NCBI GenBank assembly: GCA_963738145.1
Contig: CAVTVH010000001.1
Coordinates: forward strand, 569,011 to 633,010
DNA from: an uncultured bacterium
GTDB taxonomy: Bacteria > Babelota > Babeliae > Babelales > Vermiphilaceae
Direction: 5' to 3'
DNA: 64,000 nucleotides
Below the pieces are notes generated by a model, which was not told the origin of the DNA, searched no databases, and worked only from the letters and a program-made list of their open reading frames with translations. Positions 20,035 through 28,383 of the stretch are shown here, piece after piece. Position 1 is the first letter of the stretch, and each line of letters begins with the position of its first letter. The translations under genes were made by a program, and so were the position numbers.

Positions 20035-20501
20035 TGGAGGCGATGGGAGTCGAACCCATGTCCGTATCACGTCAAGAATCGAGCACTACACGCTTAGTTT
20101 TTGATGATACTGTGCATGACCTCAAAAACAGAGTAAATCATGCAAGCTTATTGGGTGATACACACAATCCCACGCAATAAATAATCCTTGGATAGTGGTC
20201 CTATCTTTTATTATACGAATGAGCTCAGCTGATAGACACGCCTTGCCCAAAAGAGTGTTTGCGTCTTACGCAACTCTAAAAAGTCTTTGTCTGCGTGCCG
20301 CTACTGCAGGAGCAAATGCTGCTGCTATGCTAGCCATTACAAAACCAAGTACTTCCATAAAGCCAAAGCGTTCGCCTTGGACACCTGCATCACTTTGAGT
20401 GTTTGCATTTATCTTTTTTAACCAATTGTTTAACGAGCACTTGATCAACGCTCGGCATGCTCTCAACGCCATCAATAACACGTCGAAACCAGTACGCCCC
20501 C
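20035..20501 (-). ncRNA. ssrA: tmRNA (SsrA), copy 1, ~467 nt, long tag reading frame
   Basis: On the minus strand: 5' GGGGGCGTACTGGTTTCGACGTG ... GGACATGGGTTCGACTCCCATCGCCTCCA 3'. The 7-bp acceptor stem has a G3:U70 pair and there is a T-arm. CCA is not encoded. Homologous along its length to copy 2. Confidence 0.85.
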
Positions 20502-20531
20502 GAATTTTTCAAAGAACCACCTAATTTTTAT

Positions 20532-20557
20532 CCCAATCGCAGTCTTTGCGAGATTGG
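20532..20557. repeat. hairpin repeat, family A
   Basis: CCCAATCGCAGTCTTTGCGAGATTGG, about 30 nt upstream of the tmRNA copy 1 5' end. Confidence 0.7.
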
Positions 20558-20710
20558 TATCAAAGGATATGTTTATGATAGCATAGCTACCTCAAATGTT
20601 AAGAATGATTATTTTTCCCACTCTGCTATATTAAAATCAGGTAAAAATTCAATATTTTTAAGTTGTTAGGAAAAGATTTTCAACCCCCCTTCCCACACAA
20701 AGGACCCTCC

Positions 20711-21250
20711 ATGACTTCAAAAAACCTCACTATTTTCCTCACCCTCCTCGCACTAACCCCAGCCACACTAGTGTCATTCGCCGTTATTAATCAAACCGAT
20801 ACGGCAAAAGAGTTGGAATTGACCGAGGCATATCGCCATACATCTAAAATGCCAGATGGAGGGACTTCGTCAAAGGTTGTGCCCCTTAACGATACAAATA
20901 AACCCCATGCGCTCACGGTAGCAGCTAAATCCATAGTTTATTTTAAACTGACACAAGCATGCCCGGTGATGCTGTGTGATGTTATAACAACAACAGTGAA
21001 AGATAATACAACAACAGAATCGCGGATGCAGACTTGTTATGAGCCTTATCCTTTGACTCGTACCGAAAAAGCTTCAAAGTTTACCGATAAGTGGGGTTTA
21101 GTTATATGCAAACCGGATGCTTACAATAACGATTATGCTAACTCTTTTGCAAGACGTACGGCTCTCATGCAAGGATATGGCATTAAAATAGCACATCCCC
21201 AACTCCTGAAAAAAACAACCGTAGATGCATTGCCAAAAGAACTTGCCTAG
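20711..21250 (+). CDS. hypothetical secreted protein
   Basis: Signal peptide MTSKNLTIFLTLLALTPATLVSFA. No family recognised. Confidence 0.4.
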   Translation: MTSKNLTIFLTLLALTPATLVSFAVINQTDTAKELELTEAYRHTSKMPDGGTSSKVVPLNDTNKPHALTVAAKSIVYFKLTQACPVMLCDVITTTVKDNTTTESRMQTCYEPYPLTRTEKASKFTDKWGLVICKPDAYNNDYANSFARRTALMQGYGIKIAHPQLLKKTTVDALPKELA

Positions 21251-21372
21251 CCCTATAAACTAATATGATCCAACAAAGCTGGGAAGATTCAAAACCTCCC
21301 CGGCTTCATTTTTTTAGTAATACGTTATACTAGTGCTCAATTAAGAAAATCGCATTACCCTAGGATTTTCAA

Positions 21373-23403
21373 ATGAAGCACTCCATTTATTTATCGCTTA
21401 TTCTTGTAACCATTCCTTTCACCATTGCCGCACACAAAGATTCCAACACATCGTTATTTCATAAAATAAAACATCATTGTGTTTCTATGCTACCGGAAGT
21501 GGAAAAAGATTGGCCAAATGAGGCTTTCTATGACTACGTAGAGCGGTGTATGAAGTATCAGCGTGATTTGCAGCCGATAGAAAAAACACGAGCAGTATTT
21601 AAAATATTTTCTCCTCATCACAAAAAGGCATGCGCTCAGGTGCTTGCTGACACAAAAACATGGCAAGATCTGTGTTTATTCGGGACAGAACAGGGGTTTG
21701 AGGGATCATTTTTACATAAAATTAATCGCACGATCAGTGAATTAGGCCGCATTCATATTGTGTGTATGATGGCACAACCATTAACTGATTGTAAAAAAAT
21801 AAAGAAACGCCAACGTATTATTAAAGCATTCGTTGAAGATGAGCAGTTATATGCATCGGTAAGCGCATTGCTGAAGGAATTTTCAACGCTCGAGAACTTC
21901 CTCTTTTCATTTTGGTTGCAAGACATGCTACGTCAGGCATCAAAAAAACATTATTTCAGTGTCCCCTATTTTAAGAAATTCAACGAGAACCTTAATAAAA
22001 GCGAAATAGCCCTTGATGTAAAAACCTATTTTGACCATGGTAAACGATGTATGTGGTTTATCAGTACAGCCGCGGCAGCAATCGTATTACCGATCTATGG
22101 GTATATGCAATACACAAGCGCGGACATTGGCCCAACATTTCAAGAGACGGCCGAGCGGCTAACTGGTTCTGGAGGCCCTGCAATAGTATGGCTTATGTCG
22201 TTGATTAAGAATAATAAACTTAAAGGGCTGGCATCTGCAGGAGCAGGTTGGGTGTGTGGTGTTGTGGCAAAAGAGGAGTTTGATTGGGCCTACGACAATA
22301 TTTTTTTAGAAACATGTTTGCAAGAAAAACTTATAGCAGTTTCACGAGCTCAGAAAATTATCAAGGAGCTAGCCGTTTGCGTCCATGAACATGAAGAACT
22401 TATGCAAGGGCTAGATTTTGCAGAACATCTTAAAGATTACGCCAAGGGGCACGGGACATCTGATGGAATGCGTAAGCTTACTAAACTTTTGAAAAGTACA
22501 ACATTTGCATCGCAGCCGTCACCATGTTCACGATTGGGAAGAGTGCTTGTTACGTATGATCTTATGCATGAAGTTAAATCAGAATGGACGGGAGCGCTTG
22601 CAGCATTAGGAGAGTTGGATGCTTATGTGGCTTTAGCTAGCTTGTATAAAGAGTATGAAAACAAAGAAAGACGATTCTGTTTTGTAGGTTTTGTGGAACA
22701 TGATAAACCAACTATAGTGATGCAACAATTTTGGAATCCGTGTGTTAATGCACAAAACGTAGTTGCCAATTCTATTACTGTCGGTGGTAATGAACGCCAA
22801 AATATTATTATTAGTGGGCCAAATGCGGGTGGAAAATCTACATTATTGCGTTCAATTGCACATAATCTTATTCTTGGCCAAACATTCGGTATAGCGGCAG
22901 CACAGGAGATGTCGATTACGCCATTTAGTTTTATCGCTACTTACTTAAATATTGCCGACGATATTCTTTCGGGGACCTCAATGTTTAAAGCTCAGGTTTT
23001 ACGAGCACAATGGCTCCTCGATAAAACAAGCACTTTATCTGAAAAAGATTTTTCGTTCATTGTAGTGGATGAGATTTTTAGTGGTACGGCTCCTCGTGAA
23101 GGGCAAGCTGCTTCGTATGCCTTTGCCAAATATATGGGTAGCATGCCAAATTGCATATCTATGATTGCGACACATTTTCCTCTTTTACTGCAATTGCAGG
23201 AGGAAACAACTTCATTTGCTAACTATAAAGTCTCGGTTTCTGTCGGCCCTGATGGGACTATTATATATCCTTTCACCATTCAAAAGGGTGCATCAGACCA
23301 AAATATAGCATTTGATATATTACGGGCTGAAGGTTTTGATCACGCTATTTTAGAAAGTGCATATGAAGTTTTACGTTCCCATCAACTCAATTTTACAGCG
23401 TAG
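21373..23403 (+). CDS. MutS-related protein: signal peptide and TM segments plus a C-terminal MutS domain V ATPase, with no mismatch-binding domain
   Basis: Walker A GPNAGGKSTLLRS, STF-like SGTSMFKAQ, Walker B FIVVDEIFSGTAPREG and ATHF. The N-terminal 450 aa lack MutS domain I and contain hydrophobic helices (CMWFISTAAAAIVLPIYGYM, LASAGAGWVCGVVA). Confidence 0.75.
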   Translation: MKHSIYLSLILVTIPFTIAAHKDSNTSLFHKIKHHCVSMLPEVEKDWPNEAFYDYVERCMKYQRDLQPIEKTRAVFKIFSPHHKKACAQVLADTKTWQDLCLFGTEQGFEGSFLHKINRTISELGRIHIVCMMAQPLTDCKKIKKRQRIIKAFVEDEQLYASVSALLKEFSTLENFLFSFWLQDMLRQASKKHYFSVPYFKKFNENLNKSEIALDVKTYFDHGKRCMWFISTAAAAIVLPIYGYMQYTSADIGPTFQETAERLTGSGGPAIVWLMSLIKNNKLKGLASAGAGWVCGVVAKEEFDWAYDNIFLETCLQEKLIAVSRAQKIIKELAVCVHEHEELMQGLDFAEHLKDYAKGHGTSDGMRKLTKLLKSTTFASQPSPCSRLGRVLVTYDLMHEVKSEWTGALAALGELDAYVALASLYKEYENKERRFCFVGFVEHDKPTIVMQQFWNPCVNAQNVVANSITVGGNERQNIIISGPNAGGKSTLLRSIAHNLILGQTFGIAAAQEMSITPFSFIATYLNIADDILSGTSMFKAQVLRAQWLLDKTSTLSEKDFSFIVVDEIFSGTAPREGQAASYAFAKYMGSMPNCISMIATHFPLLLQLQEETTSFANYKVSVSVGPDGTIIYPFTIQKGASDQNIAFDILRAEGFDHAILESAYEVLRSHQLNFTA

Positions 23404-24637
23404 AAACAGTAAAGAAGTTTGACCATTTTTTAAGCCGTTGTAACTGTATGTGGGCTTGTTGCATGCGTATATCCTTAAACTGATCGCTTGAGACCCACTG
23501 AGGAATGATTTTGTGGGCATAGTCCATAAAACAGTCAAAACCTATGCAATACTTTTGATTACCTTGGCTATCCGTTATTTTTTCAGGAAATGCGACGCCA
23601 ATGCCAAAAAGCCGAGGAGCTATAAGGCCATTTGCTTCGTTGTAAGAAACTATAGGAGTAGCTCCATTAATAGATGGAAGATCATTGCGTTCATAACCAA
23701 TCGCATAAATTACTTTAGTACACCTGGTGTTGGTAAGGCCGGCAGCAATATCTTGATCGGTTGGTGTGTAGATGCGAGTTAAGTTTGCAGGCGGATTAAT
23801 TTCAAGTACATTTTGCGCCCATTCAGCAGCAACGCCTTTTAATTCAGTTGTTTTGCTTAGTAAAGGGTTACTTTTTTCTGCTACAAATTTGAGGGGAGTA
23901 CGGTAGAAATTGTAAATATGGTCTACTGGTTTTTCTAATTCCGATAAAAATTTTAAGAGTAAAATTGCTGAATGCGAGCTACCTACAACAGCTACCCTAT
24001 CATTTGGTGTTACTAGCGTGGGCAGGATAAACCTATCCAGAGCACTATCAAGAGGAATTGTTTTATCTTTTTCATAGGGCAGCTCTTTTGGATATGATCC
24101 AGTTGCGAGTATAACATGGTGAGCGGAAAGCTCCTGCCCTCCTTTAGTGTTAACATGCCAGGTGTTGTTATCAAAATAGAGGGCGTCCATAGAATCTTGT
24201 ACCGCATGAATACGCGCTTTAAGGTAATTGGTTATCTGTTGTAGGGGCCTGACAATAACCCCTAATTCATAGCCTCGCTCATTTGGGTCTAAGGTTTTGA
24301 GGTAATCTAATTCGGCACAGGAACAGTTTTGAAATGTTGTACATGTGCTTACAAAGTCTATGAACTCTTGTACTCTGCTGTTAGCAAAAACACGTTGATA
24401 AAAGGCGCCCATACGGCCCACATTAAATTCAGGGTCAAGCCAAATAATACTTTCTTGGCGTACGCCAATATCTAAAAGGACACCGATAGTAAGAATCCCT
24501 GCAGGACCAGCCCCAACAATAAGCCAATCGGCGACATGTTGAGGTTGCGCGGGTGTGTTGTTACCCACAAGTTGGGGATTAGGCACCGCAATTAAAGAAA
24601 GTGAAAATATACAATAGGCAAATAAAGTGTATTTCAT
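23393..24637 (-). CDS. FAD/NAD(P)-binding oxidoreductase with signal peptide
   Basis: Two dinucleotide-binding motifs (WLIVGAGPAGI and VAVVGSSHSA). Start at MKYTLFAYCIFSLSLIA, preceded by AAAGGA. Confidence 0.6.
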   Translation of the reverse strand: MKYTLFAYCIFSLSLIAVPNPQLVGNNTPAQPQHVADWLIVGAGPAGILTIGVLLDIGVRQESIIWLDPEFNVGRMGAFYQRVFANSRVQEFIDFVSTCTTFQNCSCAELDYLKTLDPNERGYELGVIVRPLQQITNYLKARIHAVQDSMDALYFDNNTWHVNTKGGQELSAHHVILATGSYPKELPYEKDKTIPLDSALDRFILPTLVTPNDRVAVVGSSHSAILLLKFLSELEKPVDHIYNFYRTPLKFVAEKSNPLLSKTTELKGVAAEWAQNVLEINPPANLTRIYTPTDQDIAAGLTNTRCTKVIYAIGYERNDLPSINGATPIVSYNEANGLIAPRLFGIGVAFPEKITDSQGNQKYCIGFDCFMDYAHKIIPQWVSSDQFKDIRMQQAHIQLQRLKKWSNFFTVSTL

Positions 24638-24879
24638 GGGAATCCTTTGAAAAAAGTCTATTTTGGCTAACACTACTGATCCGCGCAGGCTTTTGTAAAG
24701 GATTTCGAGAGAAATTCTGGCATACCCCTGCGGGCCATACCATTTGAAATTATTGTTATCCTGAGTATTGTTAAATATATATGTTGAAATTGAAGGTTAA
24801 AGTACCATTCTTGAGCAAGAATATTGAGAGAGGGACTCTTTTTTGGGTATCCTTTGAGAGTTGATCATTGAAATATTAG

Positions 24880-25236
24880 GGGGGCGTCAAGGTCTCGACG
24901 TGGTAGAAATGCCATCAAGAGCATGCCGAGCGTTGTTCAAGTGCTCGTTAAACAATTGGACAAATACCTAATTGCAACTGTTAATTCAGCTGCCTTTACG
25001 GCGTAAGCCGTAAAAGACTTGTTAATGAGCCGTGTCTATCAGGTGAATTAACTCGTATAATACAAGATAGAACTTTCGGGTAAGATTTTTTGATTTTGTA
25101 TCCCGTAAAGTATCACTAAACCAACATACCTATCGAAGTCTGTCTTTGAGCTGATAGGTGTGTACATTCTAAGACTGAGCATGGAGCGCTTGATTGTTGA
25201 CCACTGCGGACATGGGTTCGATTCCCATCGCCTCCA
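24880..25236 (+). ncRNA. ssrA: tmRNA (SsrA), copy 2, ~357 nt, 10-codon tag
   Basis: 5' GGGGGCGTCAAGGTCTCGACGTGG ... GGACATGGGTTCGATTCCCATCGCCTCCA 3'. Acceptor stem with G3:U70. Tag frame GCA ACT GTT AAT TCA GCT GCC TTT ACG GCG TAA (24974-25006) encodes ATVNSAAFTA. Confidence 0.85.
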
Positions 25237-25278
25237 ATCTTTTACCCAATTTTGCCAGGGGCAAGAATTGGGACCCAA

Positions 25279-25490
25279 TTCGCCTGCGGGGGAAAGACTT
25301 TGAAGTGTGGCTGGGCGACATTGGCTGCGCCGCATTTGATATAAGATGACTTAGGCGAAGATTGCCCCACGTAGCTAAGAGATACCCCATAGATATTCCC
25401 CACGAAAGCGAAGTGTGGGCTGGCTGCAAATGTAAATTGACTATTTATTGATTCGCCTACGGGGGGAGAAACTTCGAGGGTTTGGCCACC
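25279..25490 (-). repeat. composite of family B repeats immediately 3' of tmRNA copy 2
   Basis: Direct ~40-nt repeats TTCGCCTGCGGGGGAAAGACTTTGAAGTGTGGCTGGGCGAC (25279) and TTCGCCTACGGGGGGAGAAACTTCGAGGGTTTGGCCACC (25452). The central part is the reverse complement of the 15241-15320 repeat. Confidence 0.6.
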
Positions 25491-25558
25491 ACTGCTCCTT
25501 ACCAAGAATTTAAGACTGATAGTTGAAATGTGAAGGTTATCTATTTTGGAGGTTATAT

Positions 25559-26089
25559 ATGGATTCTATAAGAAGACTTTTGATAATTACGGGCCACCTA
25601 TTCATTGCAGGTGTAATGCATGGTGCTGGTGCCGATATCCCGCTTGAGCGGATAGTTGGTGATACTGCCGGATCACTCACACCGCTGTTAGCATCATCCC
25701 CTACAGCTGCTGAAAAAGATCTGTGTTCTATTTGTCATGACGATCTTAAAGACAACCTATCTACGTTGCCTTGTAAGCATAGATTGCACACCGAATGCTA
25801 TGAGGGTTTAATAAATTCAAGGTTAGTAAGTGAAGCAGTTCTATGTCCATTGTGTCGGGCTGATGTGGGGATAAAAGGGCAAAATCAACCAGATGTTGCG
25901 CTACGGGTAGTTCCTGCAGCAGATAATCAAGTATTACAAGAACTTCAACGAGCGCGAGAGCGAGCATCGGCAAGAGGGCTCAGACATTGTATTGGTGGCT
26001 TGTGTTTGCTAGGAGCGGCTATAGCTATTGTTGTTTCCTTAAATTATCATTTTCAGTGGATACAGTTTGGGCCTACTACAGGACATTAA
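25559..26089 (+). CDS. RING-H2 finger protein with N-terminal signal peptide and C-terminal TM helix
   Basis: C-x2-C-x12-C-x-H-x2-H-x2-C-x15-C-x2-C (CSICHDD..LPCKHRLHTEC..CPLC) at 25724-25855. GGAGG RBS lies 7 nt before the ATG. C-terminal anchor IGGLCLLGAAIAIVVSL. Confidence 0.75.
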   Translation: MDSIRRLLIITGHLFIAGVMHGAGADIPLERIVGDTAGSLTPLLASSPTAAEKDLCSICHDDLKDNLSTLPCKHRLHTECYEGLINSRLVSEAVLCPLCRADVGIKGQNQPDVALRVVPAADNQVLQELQRARERASARGLRHCIGGLCLLGAAIAIVVSLNYHFQWIQFGPTTGH

Positions 26090-26104
26090 AGGAGATACAG
26101 TCAA

Positions 26105-26632
26105 ATGAACTATTTAAGGTTTTTTTTAACCCTACATTGTCTGTTGTTAATCACTACTTTTTATGCCAGTTCTCCATTATCAACTATTCAAGTATCATCG
26201 CCGTCATCGGAGCTTCTACTAACTCATGACGCCACTTCTGCAGATGAGTTTGCATCAGAAAGTTCTAAGCGAGCATGCGCCATCTGTTTAGAAGATCTTA
26301 CGAGTCCAAAAAAAGAATTGCCTTGTGCTCATGAATTTCATGCGGTTTGTTACCAAGAATTGAAAAAATCTAAGCCAGAAAGCGAACAGATAAAATGTCC
26401 CTTGTGTCGAGCAGGTACAGGTGAACAAGGAGAAAACAAAGAGGCTGCGCAAGAAATAGGGGTTGGACAACCACAACCGGCCTTCGACGTAATTGAAGCA
26501 GAGAGATTGAGACGTAGGACATTACTAAAATGGGTCTGCGCCGGGATTATTGTTGTTGGTTCTACAGTTGCATTCACCTTGCTAAATGCTCAGTATGGGT
26601 GGATACATTTTGATCCTCATGGTATTCCCTAA
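26105..26632 (+). CDS. RING-H2 finger protein, tandem paralogue
   Basis: Identical spacing of metal ligands (CAICLED..LPCAHEFHAVC..CPLC) at 26276-26407. Has a signal peptide, C-terminal TM WVCAGIIVVGSTVAFTLL and a shared tail motif Y-x-W-I-x-F. Confidence 0.75.
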   Translation: MNYLRFFLTLHCLLLITTFYASSPLSTIQVSSPSSELLLTHDATSADEFASESSKRACAICLEDLTSPKKELPCAHEFHAVCYQELKKSKPESEQIKCPLCRAGTGEQGENKEAAQEIGVGQPQPAFDVIEAERLRRRTLLKWVCAGIIVVGSTVAFTLLNAQYGWIHFDPHGIP

Positions 26633-26768
26633 AAATCTTACCCCCTTGAGGCCAAAGACTCTTATTTGAAACTTTTTGATTTTTCTATATATTCTAAATG
26701 TGCGCATTTTGGATGTGCTCTTTAAGTAAAGCAGACTTCTAACTAGGGTATATAGGGAGACCATTTTT

Positions 26769-27056
26769 ATGATACGTATACAATCTTTATTAAGCATAAG
26801 CCTTTTATTATTCGCTTCTTCTTTTTCCTACGCAGCCGAACAAGATCAGTTAAAAGGGGGTATAGAAATGCCCTCATCACCTCTAGGTGCTTCCTGCACA
26901 TCTATTAATATTAGTACCGTCCCTCTTTTGAATAATGAAACTCCTGTCATTAGTGGTGGATCAACTTGTTTAAAGGCCTGCGTTCTTACTACAATTTCTG
27001 TAGGTCTATTGTCGGCATTGGCAATTGGTGGCATGCATATTGCGCAGTCGATGTAA
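26769..27056 (+). CDS. hypothetical small exported protein with C-terminal TM helix
   Basis: 95-aa ORF with a signal peptide and the hydrophobic C-terminus CVLTTISVGLLSALAIGGM. Confidence 0.35.
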   Translation: MIRIQSLLSISLLLFASSFSYAAEQDQLKGGIEMPSSPLGASCTSINISTVPLLNNETPVISGGSTCLKACVLTTISVGLLSALAIGGMHIAQSM

Positions 27057-27174
27057 CTTATCTATGCGTTGACTAATCCTTAAAACGCACTAGGCTTAAA
27101 CATTGTCTAATCAGTCTTAAGATGCAATTCTAATGTTTAATTCTTTATGTGTTTTAATTAAAGGATTTTTTTGT

Positions 27175-27801
27175 ATGATCACAAAAAGCAAATTGTTTTT
27201 AACGGCTACTCTTGTAGGTTCAGTGGCCGGTCTTCAAGCCTCGTTTAAGCCTTTAACGCCAACTCCATCGGCTACAGCAACCCCTAAAGCTTCAGTATCT
27301 AGTAAAGTTTCGGCATCGAGTGATGATGTAAACATCTATTACATCGATACCGCTATGGCAATGCAAAATTGCGATCGCGGCAAAGAGCTTTCCCTGGAAT
27401 TAGACAAAAAACGCGAGCAGTTAAAGGATGCGGTGGGCAAACAGGCTAAGAAATTGACTGATGCAGACAAAGATTTTAAAACCAAGAACGCAACTATGAG
27501 TCCTGCAGCACGTAGTTCAGCTGCAGCAAGCATAGATAAAATGCAGCGTGAGTTAGAAGTGTTTGCAAAGAATAGCGAAGAAGAGTTCAACTTAGCTGTA
27601 CAGCAAGCAATGCAAGAAATGTCTCCAGTGATTGAAAAAATTATCACTAAAATAGCAAAAGATAAAAATGCTGACGTTGTGCATGATACGGCAACTGGTC
27701 GCACATGGCGTTTTTCTACTAAGCACTCCATGACAGATGATGTAATTGTAGCGATAAATCAAGAGTACGCTGCCAGTAGCAAGGCAAAAGTAACTGCGTA
27801 G
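27175..27801 (+). CDS. skp: periplasmic chaperone Skp (OmpH family)
   Basis: Signal peptide followed by a long coiled-coil, Lys/Glu/Gln-rich region typical of OmpH/Skp, ending IAKDKNADVV.D... Confidence 0.65.
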   Translation: MITKSKLFLTATLVGSVAGLQASFKPLTPTPSATATPKASVSSKVSASSDDVNIYYIDTAMAMQNCDRGKELSLELDKKREQLKDAVGKQAKKLTDADKDFKTKNATMSPAARSSAAASIDKMQRELEVFAKNSEEEFNLAVQQAMQEMSPVIEKIITKIAKDKNADVVHDTATGRTWRFSTKHSMTDDVIVAINQEYAASSKAKVTA

Positions 27802-27830
27802 TAACTTTCTTGGTATAAGAGTGATATAAA

Positions 27831-27857
27831 AGGCGGATCAAAAGATCCGCCTTTTTT
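27831..27857 (+). terminator. rho-independent terminator
   Basis: AGGCGGATC-AAAA-GATCCGCCT followed by TTTTT. It overlaps the pth upstream region. Confidence 0.7.
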
Positions 27858-27867
27858 GGGTATATAT

Positions 27868-28383
27868 ATGACTATAAAAGCAATTATAGGTTTGGGTAAC
27901 CCCGGCCCTAAATATTATAATAATCGCCATAACATTGGTTTTCGCGTGGTAGATGCCTTAGCGGATCGATTTGCTGGTTCTTGGCATCAAAAGGGGAGCA
28001 TGGAATTGGCAGAAATAACTTTACACGGTAACCAGCTACTCCTTATTAAGCCTCAAACATTTATGAATAGTTCCGGCAACGTGATCCCGTTCTTGCAGAA
28101 AAAAGGAGTTAAGCCAGAAGAAATTTTGGTGGTGCACGATGAACTCGAGCTGCCCTTTGGCGTCCTTAAATTAAAAATGGGGGGCAGCGCTAAGGGGCAC
28201 AATGGCCTTAAATCTATCATCGCTCACTGTGGCCCAGAATTTATGCGGCTTCGCTTTGGCATCGGCCGCCCCGAACAGCGGGAAATGGTGCCCGATTATG
28301 TTCTGCAAAACTTCTCTGAAAAATCAGATGAGATTGAGCGGCATATTAGCGAGGCAGTGGCTATGATTGAACGGGAAAAATAA
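27868..28383 (+). CDS. pth: peptidyl-tRNA hydrolase
   Basis: IIGLGNPGPKYYNNRHNIGF, HDELELPFG and GGSAKGHNGLKSI. Confidence 0.9.
   Translation: MTIKAIIGLGNPGPKYYNNRHNIGFRVVDALADRFAGSWHQKGSMELAEITLHGNQLLLIKPQTFMNSSGNVIPFLQKKGVKPEEILVVHDELELPFGVLKLKMGGSAKGHNGLKSIIAHCGPEFMRLRFGIGRPEQREMVPDYVLQNFSEKSDEIERHISEAVAMIEREK

Noticed and set aside
20195-20481. ORFs 20195..20398 (+) and 20266..20481 (-) as ordinary protein-coding genes.
   Set aside because: Both lie entirely inside tmRNA copy 1. The minus-strand ORF is the tmRNA tag frame extended upstream to a fortuitous Met, and the plus-strand ORF is its antisense.
25048-25505. Three overlapping minus-strand ORFs of 86-95 aa (25048..25335, 25169..25429, 25242..25505).
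   Set aside because: They run antisense through the 3' part of tmRNA copy 2 and through the family B repeat composite. Their sequences are low-complexity and mutually overlapping, so they are most likely non-coding.
25237-27132. A classical integrase-borne genomic island inserted at the ssrA copy 2 3' end, with attL/attR direct repeats.
   Set aside because: No integrase or recombinase gene was found, and no direct repeat of the tmRNA 3' end (..TTCGATTCCCATCGCCTCCA) was found downstream. Island status of the RING-H2 genes remains only a weak inference.
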